Part shown: positions 1 through 15,175 of the stretch, piece after piece
Layout: each line of letters opens with the position of its first letter
Position numbering within the stretch: position 1 is the stretch's first letter
Origin: the human T2T-CHM13v2.0 reference genome, Homo sapiens
Length of the DNA: 64,000 nucleotides
Reading direction: 5' to 3' (one strand)
Assembly (NCBI RefSeq): GCF_009914755.1
Contig: NC_060936.1
The notes under the pieces: model-generated
The model's database searches: none
What the model was told of the DNA's origin: nothing
Seen by the model: only the letters and a program-made list of their open reading frames with translations
Made by a program: the position numbers and the translations under genes

Positions 1-367
1 AGCTGTGCCAACAGGAAAAGGCTACCTGGGGGCTAGGCATGTTCAACCTGGTGGCTCCATCTTTTCTTTTCTTTGTCAACCACAGGTACAATAAGGAGCA
101 GGCAACCTGGCGCCTGCCAGATAGAGATTCCATCTGCATAATAAGAGTAGGGTGGGATGGTCAGCTTCTTCCTGCGCTATGTAAATGGCACACCTAGTCT
201 AGCCAATCTCTGGGCCCTATGTAAATCAGACACCGCCTCCTCAAGCTCCTCTATGAAACCCCATGCATTTCACCACTGAACAGGAAGATCCACTGAAGGC
301 CCCCTCTCTTCCTGTAGGAGAGAGAGCTATTCTCTTTTTGCTTTCTGTTGCTTATTAAACCTCCGCT
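1..367 (+). mobile_element. ERV1 LTR, MER50-like (partial; cut by window edge and by Alu)
   Basis: Motifs TATGTAAATGGCACACCT..CCAATC..TATGTAAATCAGACACCGCCTCCTCAAG and ATTAAACCTCCGCTC match my recollection of MER50. Confidence 0.7.
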
Positions 368-527
368 CTTTCTTTTTTTCTTTTTTTTCCTTTTTTTCTT
401 TTTTGAGACAGAGTCTCACTCTGTAGCCCAAGCTGGAGTGCAGTGGTGCGATCTTGGCTCACTGCAACCTCCGCCTTCTGGGCTCAAGCGATTCTCGTGC
501 CTCAGCCTCCAAGTAGCTGGGACTACA
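368..527 (-). mobile_element. Alu right-arm fragment
   Basis: Poly(T), then GAGACAGAGTCTCACTCTG...GTAGCTGGGACTACA; stops abruptly, left arm absent. Confidence 0.92.
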
Positions 528-1267
528 CGCTACATTTTAGTTTTGTTCCCTCACTTGGCATTTGTGTCCTTTTTTCTCTCAGTCTCCTCCCTCATCTCTC
601 CCTTTACCTCATTTTCAGGGTGTATGTGTCTGTGTACACTCATACACAGTGCCTGTATCTCGTGGTAATAGGGTGGGGTGCCTGTGTCTTTGTCTTTCTG
701 TAACTTTCTGAATGTTTATATCTTTTTCTGTTACTGACTCTAATTTTCTCCATTTTTCTCTTTCTCTCCTTCTGTCTCTTTCCAGATGAATGCTACCTGA
801 AGTTACTTGTTGTCTGTCACAGCCACATCCAAAGGACAAACCAAGTAACTAAGTATTCCACAACACAGTCACTGAAACATAAACCCAACCACTGCATTCA
901 TAACTCTGTAGGCAGCCCTGCTCTTGACCACATAGATCCTTTATGCTTTTATCATCAAAACTTTAGAGAACAACTTCAACTACGGTTTTGAAAAAGTGTT
1001 AATGCATTGATTATTAATAGAGATTTGGGGCAAAAAACACTTACCTCTTCATCATTTTTGCCTCCTTCTTACTGGAAATAGAATTGGGACCAGCATTTAA
1101 CAACAGGTAGAAAAAGTGAATAGTCCTGGGTCAGACTTTCCAGATATCATTCAGACAATCTTGAAGAGATTTGGGAAGTCTCAATACCTCACATTTTTTA
1201 GAGTTTTGACAGAGCAGAGACCTATTTTTCAGTGTGAAATCAAGGCCGAATAGCCTGGAAAAGGAGA

Positions 1268-1693
1268 TGATGGTAGAACTTGCATTTCATCTTCCTTCTT
1301 TGTGGAAAGGATGAAAAACTATCAGTGATATTTCCAGTCTCAGTTGCAGGGAGGGGTCTGGACATGAATCAGGTCCTGCTGATGAGAAGTCCTTGAACAG
1401 AGTGGGGAGGCAGAAGAAGAGGGGGCTGTCTTCCTGACAGGCGTGCTCTGGCTGCAGGTTGACATGGCTGGCCTCAGCCTTTCCCTTTCTAGGCTCCAGC
1501 TTTGTGGGTGTGAGGCTTTCAGGGATGTGGCTGCAGCAGTGGGAGCAGAAGCTCCAAAACTCTGAATACCAGCTAACTGGTGTGACTTTGATACAGTAGT
1601 GGCTGCCTGACTTAGTTTGTTCCATATGCTTGGGATAGGCCTGCTTTCTACCCATTGCACCAGTCCTCTTCACTCTCAAACCTGCTCTTAGTG
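1268..1693 (+). mobile_element. Old ERVL LTR (LTR41/LTR33-like), 5' part, interrupted by the ASS1 retrocopy
   Basis: Weak similarity here; the 3' part resumes at ~3283-3417 with GTAAGTACCTAATT..TTTCTGTTTGAAACACCTAGAGTAGTT..CTGA resembling the LTR41 3' end. Confidence 0.4.
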
Positions 1694-3282
<1,589 letters not shown>

Positions 3283-3417
3283 TGCTTAATTTGGACAGTA
3301 AACTTAGTAACCCTATCTCTAATTCTTCCAACGTAAGTACCTAATTACCGGCATTTAAATTCTTTCTGTTTGAAACACCTAGAGTAGTTACTGTTTCCTT
3401 TATTGAATGCCAGCTGA

Positions 3418-3971
3418 TGTCAAAGGCAGACAAAACCAGATGGTGGTTAAAGGTGATAAAGACAGATTTTGTTCAGTACTCTTGTAATAGGGGAGAATAG
3501 CCAATGTAACCTGAGCTCAACTCTGCTGCAACAAAAGGTGGGGCACTTTTTAAATACTGGGGTGTGCTGAAGAAAAGACACTGATGAGTGTTAAGGGGCA
3601 TATGGTCTGTGTCACTAGGTTATCTAGGTTTGCTACTTGGTGCTTATCTGGAGGAGAAACAAACTTCTTACATCTTTATGACAGGGGAAGTTGTGCAAGC
3701 TGGGGCAAGGGGCTGCAGATGTTATGCCCTTACCTTCACACTGAGAGGAAGAGTTATCTTCCTAATGTTTGCATTTCAGAGAGATGGCTCCCAGGTCCTT
3801 GAGGAGACAGTTTTGCGTGATAGAAGATTTATATCTCAAGGGCAGAGAAAGGATTTATAATTGCAAGCTTTCGCAGGCAGACATTTTAAGAGGGAGCTGA
3901 GGTCATCGTAGGGACGAAATCTTAATCTGCTAGAAGTCATACAAGGGTTTGGTCAAGAACAGAGTCTGTCA
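3418..3971 (-). mobile_element. ERV1 solo LTR, MER31/MER67-like
   Basis: TG...CA ends; GATGGCTCCCAGGTCCTTGAG, AGAAGATTTATATCTCAAGGGCAGAGAAAGGATTTATAATTGCAAGCTT, terminal TTTGGTCAAGAACAGAGTCTGTCA. Confidence 0.6.
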
Positions 3972-4270
3972 TGAATGTACCTGAGATCATGAGATTTTGC
4001 TTGAATTACTTTGGGAATATACCATACCTCACAAGGCATGGTATATAGAACTTGATTTCAGCAGTCATCTTTTTTGAAAATGACTACCAGAGAATCAGTG
4101 TGACCCAATTTCCAAGACCAAGAGGCACCTGGAGTGAGAAGCTTTGGTGTACATATTTACAAATATAAAACAGTCTTTTCTTTTTGTGTTGCTAGGAATA
4201 GCCTTTTCTATTTGTAATAAAAACAGCTGTTCTTTTTCTACTGGGTTTTGAAAAGATATTTACTTCAATC

Positions 4271-4560
<290 letters not shown>

Positions 4561-6475
4561 TAATCTTTATCACCTCAATTTCTACTCATCCACATCCATT
4601 CCAACCAAGTAGAGAAGCAGCCAAGAATGATTAAAATATTATAGCTTGTGAATATAATGCAGACTGTGCAGGATCTTGTTTGTGACCTGAAGATTGAAAA
4701 GGGACCTAAGGCACTGCTGACCCTGGGACTAAGCCTCCACATTAAGCTTCCTGGCATTCTTTCTGAGTTTGGCCTGCTGGAGCTGGCCGATCCTGTGTGC
4801 ATTTCTGATCAACCATCAATATTTCAAGGCCAAGAATTTGGAGATAGAGGTGAGGTTTATTCCAAATCTCTAAACCATTTCCACTTAATACTCATTATTG
4901 TAGAAGGAAAAATTTATTTGTTCTCTGAAAGAGGCACAAAGCACATTTGATTATACCACTTTTCCTGACACTTATTTTACTAGTAGATCTGTTTTTAAAA
5001 ATAGAAAGCAAATTATTATGCCTGAGTGACTTCAAAGCATTCCCATCATTCCAATTAGCAACCATGTTGCTCCCATGGAGGAGAGAGAGGGGCTGAGGGT
5101 ATGTGGGAGTGAAAAAGAGACAGGTAGGAGGAGAGAAAGCGTCAAAGAAATGACAAGGAAGGGCAAGTTGCCAGGAGCTCAGTGGTTTGAAATTCTAGCC
5201 GGGATGCGTTCCTTATTGTAGTTCCTCAACTAAATGAAAGCTTGCTTGTCTTGGAAAGAAAATTCAGAAGATTACATTCTTGAGGTACGAAGTAAAAGAT
5301 CAGACACACTCCAAGGTGATTGGACTAGAATCTACAGAAAATATTTTCATAAAACATTTTCCACAATCAGTCCCTTTGTAAAAACATGATTTGGAGAGAG
5401 TGCTATAAACAAATAAAAAACACAAACATTTCAATATTACTTTCTTCTTTAGTTTGTGTTATTTTAAGGAGGGTGGAGAATGAAATAATGTCTTCAGAAA
5501 CATATTAAACAAGTCAGTTCAAGACAATCTCTGGTGAGAACTAAATTATTTACTACCTTAATTTTCATAAGCTTTCTCACCATTAGTTTCATCTTCATGT
5601 ATTATGTTTTTGTTGGATGAAAAAATTCAAGTATTTTGTTTTTCTTTATGCACACTTGATTTCTGAATTCTTTGTTTCTCCATGTAAGAGAGTAAAATGA
5701 TCCCCAAACTAAGCCATTCTGCTAAGAACTTGGAATGCCTTGTTTTGACTTCCTGTACTGAACTCTGTTTTAGTGTTCAGACTAATTTCCTTTGAAGAAT
5801 GCTCCTCAGGCCTCAGTACTTTTCCTGAGTTTCTGATGTGTCAAACTTATTTTCTCACTTGACCTTAAGGAATATCTAGGCTTATTGCTAAGAATTACAG
5901 ATAACCCAGGAATTTGCAAATACTATAAATCATGTATACAAAATGAATCATACTTACTCTTTAGAACTGCATGGCTTATCACCTAATGCATTTTAAAGCA
6001 TTGCTATGTTTTCTTCTTTTCTTCCTTTCTCTCTCTGCTTTCCTTCTTTCACTCATATACATAACAGTTACTATCAGCCAGACTGATAGTAGCTGGAGAC
6101 AATGAAAGGCAAAGCAGCATTGAAATATCACTAGTAAATCTGTAAGCTTTATCAGAAAAAACAAAGGGTGGAGTCCATAGACATACCTAGTTACTGAAAA
6201 TCAAATATCATAAGGAAAATGTCAGTGGACATATAGCCCCAGAAACTGTGCTGAAAACAGCCATCATTTGAAAATAGAGAATATGTCTTTTATAAGATCT
6301 TCCTAGCATAAGAGGTACGTTTGTGAATATCATGACTGGAACACATTTTCAGCTAAGTAAAAGGTGACGCTTCTTTCTTCCTCCCCTTCTCTCTCCACTA
6401 ACCCCACTAACTTAATAGTTAACCCCATTAACTCCCTTAAATTTGCCCATTACCACTGACTTTGAAGGAAGGTTT

Positions 6476-7510
6476 TGTCTTAGTTATGATCCCTCAAAAG
6501 CAGAACCAGAAAGCAGTACTTGGAGGTGGGTAGTTTATCTGGGAGGATTCCAGGATGCACAAAGGAAGGAGCTAAGAAAGTGAGTGAAGACAGGGAGTGT
6601 GGACCTAGAACAAACAAAAAGGTCAAAATCTAGTTCAAAGAGCGTGTATTCAAGCCTAAAGTTTGAGAAGGGCCACCCAGGAGCATAGATTCAAGTTGCC
6701 CAGGATATACATTTTGGTTAGCAGCCTTTACAAGTGGGTTTTTAAGGAAAAAGAAGAGGCAGTTCCTAAGTTGTTTACCAAGATTTACATTAAGATTACT
6801 AAAGCTAGTGGTTGGCTGTACATTGTTCTTTGTATCACATATTCCAGGAATTGGAAGACTGTGGGTGAGACCCCTAGTCACGAAAAAAATGCTTTTAAAC
6901 AATTGCCTCCAGGCATGGGTTCAGGCGCTGGACAGAACCATGTTTCTTAGTGCCTGGTAAATTTTGTATACCCCAGGTAGCTCAGACAGCTCTGAGCTAT
7001 TTTTCTTTTCTCAGGAGAAAAGCCACTTGAGGGTGCATTCATAGAGCTGGATTACCTGTGTAGGAAATAGGGTTCTGTCTAGCTGGGGACACACTCAGGA
7101 ACTTAGATTTGTTCTGCTGAGGGGCAAGGAAATTGTGGTATTTATCTACCTACTCCCTCTCCTCATTGGTTGAGGGTTGCTCTTTGTGTGGAATTCCTAG
7201 CACTTCCAGATTGCTGACAAGTATGGATTGAGAGAACCTTGCTTATAGTAGCTTTGCACCATATTAGCAGGAATAGGAACTGCAAAGCACATCCAAAGTG
7301 GAATAAAGTTAAGAATTTTACACTGCCAACTGTGCACGCAAGTAGCCTAAGCAATCTCTCATAGGGGAGACAGAGCCCGCAGGTGGAGAGATAGGGAAGA
7401 GTATTTGAGGTGGGAAGTTATCAACGTGCTCATTGTCCATGACAGCTACAGGAACTCAGAGTTGAGGCTGAGGGGATACGGGAGGGAGTGTGGCAACAGC
7501 ATCTGCTGTG
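6476..7510 (-). mobile_element. ERVL LTR16-family LTR, split by a younger LTR
   Basis: TGTCTTAGTT..CCCTCAAAAGCAGAACC..GTAGTTTATCTGGGAGG at left, ACAGCATCTGCTGTG at right. Confidence 0.55.
6598..7013 (-). mobile_element. ERV1-class solo LTR (subfamily not assigned)
   Basis: TG...CA termini, 4-bp TSD GGAG (6594-6597 and 7014-7017); minus strand begins TGAGAAAAGAAAAATAGCTCAGAGC. Confidence 0.7.
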
Positions 7511-7604
7511 GTCCTTCAAATGTTTAGATTTTTCCCTTGGCAGAACTTGAACTATATTAAGATTGATGCTTCAAAGCCCCCTTAGTGGTTACTCTTGCTG
7601 GTAG

Positions 7605-7704
7605 TAAGTCTGCACATGCTAGGTGAAATGTGCATTCATATATTGAACATACATGCTCTAAGTCTGCACATGTTAGGTGAAGTGTGCCTTCATATATTGG
7701 AACA
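7605..7704. repeat. Local tandem duplication, period 54 bp
   Basis: TAAGTCTGCACATG(C/T)TAGGTGAA(A/G)TGTGC(A/C)TTCATATATTG at 7605 and 7659. Confidence 0.9.
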
Positions 7705-10700
7705 GTTGTAGAGACAACTATAAAAGTTTCCCAGTCTGAGCAGTATGGGGAGGGTCAGGTCTTTATCTCCCAGAGCTCATCACCACCCTCAGTGCAGTCT
7801 GCCAGCATCTCACTCCTTTAAGAATCTCATTTTCAGAGAAGTATACTGCAATGGTTAGTGAAATTATTCTCTGTAAAACTGCTTAGAGATTCTTACAGGA
7901 ACTATTACCCCTCTATTAAAAACAGTGAGAAAAACTTTAAAAAATAATATTTCCTTGGCAGTTACAAACTACTTATTGACATAACCATATTAACTTCCAT
8001 ATAATCATATATTATATATATAATAAATATATTTAAAATCACTCATTTGGATAGCTTTAGCATAAAAATACATTTTAGGGTGGGTAAAAAGGGTGGTCAA
8101 AGCTATCATTTATGTCTGAATAGCAATAAGCTCTTAATAGTTCACCCAGCAAACCAATGATAGCAAGATAAAATGTAATTCATAGGCGAAAAAGACAATG
8201 CCTACTGCACAATTTAGGATGCTTTACCATAATTAGTGCATAAGAACTGAGATAGTGATTTTTTATTATGAGGGATAAGGTAAACCCAACCAAATTCCAA
8301 GATCTTTATGCATTTAGAGAATATTCTTTTTAAAGAGAATGGTTTTATGTGCAGTACCCACAGTTGGGCACTTATAAGTAAATGGATATTTTTCAACTCT
8401 GTGCTGTCTTCTGTATATTCTCTTTATGCACAGGCAGAAATTAATTCAGCAGCTAGTCAAGACCACCAACTACGAATAGTGGTCTGTGCTACTAAAAATA
8501 GTTCTACAGTATTTAATTTACATGTAATATTTGGTATCTGGTGCTGACACAATCCATAACTGGGGAGAATTATGTGGAAGATCTGACGAATTGTTCTTGA
8601 AATAGGGTGAGCAGGAGGAATATTTGGTATATGTCTCCTTATTTAATGTCTATTATGTATATCATTAAAGATATAAAGATAATGGAACATGGTACTTTTG
8701 TTTGATGAATTCAGTCCCTTGGGGGAGACAAACATGCAGTCTTTTGCATCATATTTCCTGTTGCTTGGTGACAAAAATGCATTTTCTTACAGGCCTCTGA
8801 GGCTAGACTCAAGTGACTAAAGCCCTTATAAACATTTTCTTGGGTTGAGATTTTTAAAGTACATTTTCAGAAAGATTTAACCCAAAAAGACTACTTTGCT
8901 GCATTTCGTTTATTTCTCATCTTTGAAATGAGCAATTGGACTTGCTGCTATTTAAGTTCTCATATAGCTATAAAGAATTCTACATTGCACTATAAATGGG
9001 TTAGGGTACAGTGGGGAAGTCTCACAAGAAAATAAGTCTCCCAACCTGAAGATCTTTTATGACCACATATATAATACTATGTACATTAGAGCACTTTTAC
9101 TAAGGTCTAATGAGAATTTTCTAGGAGTACACAGCTATGAAGTGTCACATTTGAATTATTCACCCAAATGAATCGACCTGAATTTTTAATATTTTAATTT
9201 ACACCTATTTTACACATTCATGTTACTTAGAAAGTCTACACAATTGCATATTGAAACCTGGGGAAAACAAAGGCAGTAGATTTCACTTTATATTTGTCAG
9301 ATATAGTGCATTCCTGGCATGCATATGATTAAATAATTTGGGGCAATTTTGCTTTGGATGTAATCAAGACAACATAAAACTTGTCAGCAGTATATGAGCC
9401 ATAAGAACCGGCTATGGCAGACCCCTGGGAGAGATAAATGTTTTATTTTGTCGTGATTGGCATGCAGCCTCATTTTGATTTTTATTAGATTAGTCTTTTC
9501 TTTCGACTTCTTTTCTTGCAGGCTCTTTCTGAGGGCAACATTATAAGGCTTCAAAAATAGCACAGTGAGCCAAGAGAAACTGCAAAGACACCGCTGTGGG
9601 ATGGTGATTTGGATATAAAATTCTCTGAGCCAGGTGACATGTTTATGACTAACTCACTTCAGACTTACTCATTTAGTATTGGCACTATTTCAAATAAAAA
9701 AAATTCTCTTTTTCTCATGTTTCAGAAGATGTTATTAATTTAAAAGACAGTTAAAAGGTGCCATGAGGTTGAGGACAAAAGCAGATGGCATATTCCAGTG
9801 TGTGTTTCTGTCCCCTGATATGGAATGGTCAGTGGAAGTCCTGTGATTATTTTTTGCAGGGTACGATAAGCTATTGGACCCTCTTGGACAACCGTCTAGA
9901 CCCTGGAGCCATTGTAGTTTGGATAAGGATGCTTAAGTAAGGGGTGGGGGACAGAGAAAGATGTTTGGGGGAGGGGTATCGATATTCTTTCTACACTTTT
10001 GCACCCAAGTACCTGGGAAATCTTCTAAGACTACGTTTATGCAGTACCTTCTATGTGTCAGACCACTGTGCCATGCACCTTCTTATGTTCTCCTATTTAA
10101 TCCTTTCAGTGAGCCTTTGAGCAAACTCCTCTCCCTGCAACCAGAATTTCCCCAAGTTTTACCTGTCTGAGGGCAGAGATGAAGTCCTGTTGACACTAAC
10201 ACCCAAATTGCAATGACCTTTTGCCCCTCCCCGTGTGAGAACAGCCCTTCTAGTCCTCCCCCATGCGTGTCTCGGGAGGGTCAGAAGCCAGGCTGCTTCC
10301 TTTCTTCCACGCTGACTCCTGCCTTGCTGTGGTCAGCACTCTCCCTGCTGGAAATGCTTTCTTTGAGCTTTACTGTCAACTAGATCTTCACTGGGCTGGG
10401 AGCTGCCCTTGGACCCCTTTGCCCCAGATCTGAATTGAGGGCAGTGGCAGCATGGGGTGCTGTAAGGGGCAAGAGAGGTTCAGTTTAGAGGATGACTGCA
10501 TTCCATCTCTGTGCAGCCCCTTGAAGTACACAGCTGATGTACACGGCTTCTACGACTATTTCACAGCTCCCCCATCTCCCCTGCCCCACCAATTATTGCT
10601 TGTCCAGCTTCTGTTCCTAACTCTTCTTTTCATAGGGACTCAGGTCATGGGAGGAGACAGAGGCCATGCCTCTTTAGTTTCTTCCTCTTCCCTATCCCTT

Positions 10701-11934
10701 CTTCTTTCAGGCATCCTAGGACTGTCCTTTCTCCTCTACTTAGCCTTCTTTCTTTAGATCAAAGATCAAAAACTCTCAAGCATTTCAACTCATGCAGTGA
10801 ACATCTGAAGGGATCACAGATCCACCAGTTCCACAGATGACCATACTCATTCCACAGACGACCCACTTGGGAATCAGCTGGGGAAACTAGTTAAAACAGT
10901 TCCTGAGCTGTGATGGAAACACAGGGCAGTGACCCCAGAGGGCACCCCACTTTCCAATGCACAGGGTTAGACATTTCCTTGTTTCTGACTCAGCTCACTT
11001 TAGAAGACTTTTATCATCAAAAACCATTCTCCATACCTAATATTTAATGATTCTGAGGAAAGAGAAATAAGAAGCCTAGGAAACTATTCTGAATTATAAT
11101 GTTCGAAAACTTCATGTTATTTGAAAATTAATCATGTGCAGGGGTACTGAAAGGCATCATACCAAGAAAATAGTACCTACAGAACAATGGAATCTGTCAG
11201 AAGAAACTTCCATTTTCATGACACTTTGAAGGAGGCAGTGATTTATTATTTCCAGATATATGATTAATTTTTACATGTTTTTAATTATGTGTTTTATGCT
11301 TTGTTGAACAAGGCACTTTAATCTACACATTGTAATTTGCTGGAACATCTGAGTTTGCTTCACAACTCAACTGTTTCAAGTTTCACGAAGGACACTGTGG
11401 TGCCCTGATCTCTGGCCAAGGCTCTGTGGTCTGTGCTCTACTCTGCAGCCTATGACAGGTTACAACCACATTTACTTATAGTAGAGAGGCTAAGACCAAC
11501 TGCAGTTTCCTTCTCTTCACTCCTTTGAAAATGTTTGCATTGCAACTGCCACTCTTACTCCCACTGTGCTTAATGTCCCTGACAAAATATTAAGGCACCA
11601 GAATTAAGACAAAATATTAAGGCACTGTTTAATAGCAGTACAGACTGTAATACCTTATTGGTGCTTTTAACTTTTAAAGCACTTTACTCACATCATCATA
11701 TTTTATGCTGATAACAATTCTATAGCTTGTAGCTGTGGCAGATACGGATTTGTTGTGAGTCACGCCCAAGATCCTCTACTTTGCTGGTGTCCTGACTCAC
11801 AATCCTGAGCTCTTTCACTGGACTCTGCTGACTTTAACAGATATGATCAGAGGCCTTGATAGAATGACTTGGTTAATATTTCTATCATGTTGAAAAGCCA
11901 TTTAGAAAAAACTGACAGCAAATTAGTCATTTGT

Positions 11935-12230
11935 TTTTGCATTTATTAATTAAAAAATATTTTAAAACATGTATTATTTAGGTCTGTGGATATATCTAGG
12001 AAAAAACAGTAAAAAAACCTCCATTCTTATGGAGTTTATATTCCAGCAAGCAGTGAGTCCATATGCAAGCCAAATAAGTTGGATATGTAATATGCAACAT
12101 GATGATGGTGCCAAGGAGAAAAATAAAGCAGGGATGGGGTTGGCAGTAGGCTGTAGTTTTAGACAAGGTGCCCAAGGGTGGCCTCACTGAGAAGATGGCA
12201 TTTGTACAAAGACTCAAAGGAGAAAGACAC
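11935..12230 (-). mobile_element. L2 3' fragment
   Basis: CTTATGGAGTTTATATTCCAG, GGAGAAAAATAAAGCAGGG, GGCCTCACTGAGAAGATGGCATTTG. Confidence 0.6.
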
Positions 12231-14149
12231 AAAGGAGGTTAGTTTTATATAGTTCATCTGATCGCTTATAATTTTTGAATTGCCCTCATATTTATAATGT
12301 CATTTGGACTTCACCAGGGAGAATATTTACAGATGAGAAAAATAAGCATCAAGGATTTCCTAAGTTCATGCAGCCAATTAGGGTCCAAGCTGGACATAGA
12401 ATTAAAAAAAACAAAAACCCAACTCTGGTCCCTGTGGTTTCTATTGTTCAAACTCTGCCTCTATAAAACAAGACTGAACATCTTTTAGTGGTTTATAGAA
12501 AAATGGGTTTGATATTTTTATAATACAATTAAAACCCCACTATTTTAATAAAGAATGTAGAAATTAAAGTCTTTTAAGAACTTTTTATCACACTTGAGTC
12601 ATATTCAATTACTCAAATTTGGTATAATTAATTGTTTTAACAACTTTTCATTTTGTCTACTTAAATTCAATTACATAAATTTTATTAAGTACCAGCTATG
12701 TGTGCCAGAAATTGTTCTGTCCTGTGAACAAAAGAGAAGGCTAAAAAGAGCCTGCATAGTCAAATGAGCTCTCAAGGAATTCATTCGAATATTTTTTGTG
12801 ATCGTGACAAGTTAAACCCTTGAGGTCCTCATTCCTGGGGTCTTGGTTCTGGTGATGGCCTATGGGACATGAATAATTTTTATTCCATATCCTCTTCCTA
12901 GGTATAAATCTTCAGGAGGTGGGTCCTCTGTTCTGGCTTGTAAAATCTCAGAAATGTGGGTGTGGCTAATTTTTCCTGTTAACGTTTTTCTTAAGATCAC
13001 TGGAAAACAAAATGCGTAAAGATGTTCCCCAAACCCTTTGACGCACAGGACAAATAACAATGCTTTTGGTAAATGAAAAGATTCCTTAATTGATCGCATT
13101 TTTAAGAAGGAGAAGAATGAAGAATGCAGCTGCAGTTTTCTTTCCATAGTACTGAGCACTTTATGCAGTTTTTTTTTTTTTTAAAGCTAAGTAAATGGGC
13201 AAGTTTTACTGGATTTGCACATTGCTCAGAATTTTGTGGTACCTAATAGGTAGCAACTTGGCAATGGTTTTCTAAGTTACAGGATGGCACTGTATTCACC
13301 CTGGCCTCATCACCAGGCCTATGGGGGAACTGTCAGCAAACACAGGATGTGTCCTTAGTCTACCTCCTTGCTGTCAAGGTAGCTGGAAATTGCGTTTTTA
13401 CCAAGCCCCTTTGAAAAACAACCACTTCATTAGGCAACGGGCATGCTCATCAACATCGACTGTACATCCTATAGAGTTCTCGAAGCCTCCTAGCTTGCCT
13501 CTCTCCCTCCCAGTAAAATAAGCAATTTTCTCTAACGATGCCCACTGTTGTCCCTGTTTACTGAATTAGAATTGCCAGGTTTGGTAAGTGGCCTCCTGCA
13601 AATGTTGCAGCCACAAGTGGTTCTTGTCGCTCAGCGGCTCCCATGGCAACAGACGTGTTTACATTCACAACATTATTCACCTTCTTTTTTTTTTCACCTT
13701 TGCAATTCAGGAAGAAGAAAAACTGACACGTGAAAAGGGAAGATAGTGCCTTGAAAAGGGACAAGAAAGGAAAATGATTTTTAATTAGAAGAATTAATAC
13801 AATATTCAATACAGTGGAGTATGTTTGCTTTTAGAGGAAAGCAGTGGAGGTGGGGGCTGGTGGCTTTGTGAAAAGGGCTAAAATATTTTAAAGTCGGGAA
13901 TAAACAGATCTTACTTCAGGCTTGAATATAGATAAAACAGAATATATTAAGAAGGTAAGAAGTGCTCTGAATTCAACTCAAGGAAAAGATTATACATGAA
14001 GACAGTGGTTTTCACATCATCCCATAAAGTTCTTCCTCTCTGATCTTAAGATTTTTGGAATCTATCATTGAACTGGTGGAAATAAATTGTTTGATGCTCA
14101 CGTGCTTCAAACACTGCAGAGCAGGATGAATGCAGTTTCTCTGTGAAAA

Positions 14150-14627
14150 CATGCACACGTAGGTTTATTGCGGCACTATTCACAATAGCAAAGACTTGGA
14201 ACCAACCCAAATGTCCAACAATCATAGACTGGATTAAGAAAATGTGGCACATATACACCATGGAATACTATGCAGCCATAAAAAATGATGAGTCCATGTC
14301 CTTTGTAGGGATATGGATGAAATTGGAAATCATCATTCTCAGTAAACTATCGCAAGAACAAAAAACCAAACACCGCATATTCTCACTCATAGGTGGGAAT
14401 TGAACAATGAGAACACATGGACACAGGAAGGGGAACATCAAACTCTGGGGACTGTTGTGGGGTGGGGGGAGGGGGGAGGGATAGCTTTAGGAGATATACC
14501 TAATGCTAAATGACGAGTTAATGGGTGCAGCACACCAGCATGGCACATGTATACATATGTAACTAACCTGCACATTGTGCACATGTACCCTAAAACTTAA
14601 AGTATAATAATAATAATAAAAAAAAAA
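14150..14627 (+). mobile_element. L1PA2-3 5'-truncated 3' end
   Basis: ORF2 C-terminus (FIAALFTIAKTWNQPKCP...SLIGGN), G-rich 3'UTR, poly(A); possible short TSD GAAAA. Confidence 0.93.
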
Positions 14628-14920
14628 GAAAAGCCATGGTCTCTGGCTATGCTCTTCGTGTGTGTTCCCAAAACTTACACTTAGGGTGAGATAACTTACA
14701 GTTTGAGGAAAGTCCCGGTTATGCCTTGGGTCTGAAGTGTTTCTGCTCATTTATACCTGGAAATGGAAACTGAGACCCATTTTTATCCCTGTAAGTGTTC
14801 TGTAACTGATGAGTAAGCCAGTTGCAGGCAACAAAGTGCCATAAAATCATTTTTCTTCATGCAGCTGAACAGGAGCTAAAAAATTTAAAATATGAGTAAG
14901 TTATTAACCTGTACTTAATT

Positions 14921-15175
14921 CATATGTTCTCACTTGTAAGTGGGAGCTAAGCGATGAATATGCAAAGGCATAGGAATGATACAATGGAATTTGGGGGCTC
15001 AGGGGAGAGGGTGGAAGGGAGGTGAGGGGTAAAAGACTACAAATTGAGTTTAGTGTATACTGCTTGGGTGATGGGTGCACCAAAATCTCACAGATCATCA
15101 CTAAAGAACTTACTCATGTAACCAAATACCACTTGTTCCCCAAAAACCTACGGAAATAAAAAATTAAAAAAAAAA
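14921..15175 (+). mobile_element. L1PB 3' end
   Basis: GTTCTCACTTGTAAGTGGGAGCTAAG...GGTGCACCAAAATCTCAC..CACTAAAGAACTTACTCATGTAACCAAATACCAC, poly(A). Confidence 0.85.

Noticed and set aside
740-850. Possible 59-nt exon (pyrimidine tract-CAG at 785, GTAACT at 845); similar splice-like signals near 9521 and 43470-43526
   Set aside because: Such signals are common by chance; cannot be supported without transcript data
4575-4950. Overlapping 75-aa and 100-aa ORFs in unique sequence
   Set aside because: No recognisable homology; lengths within chance expectation
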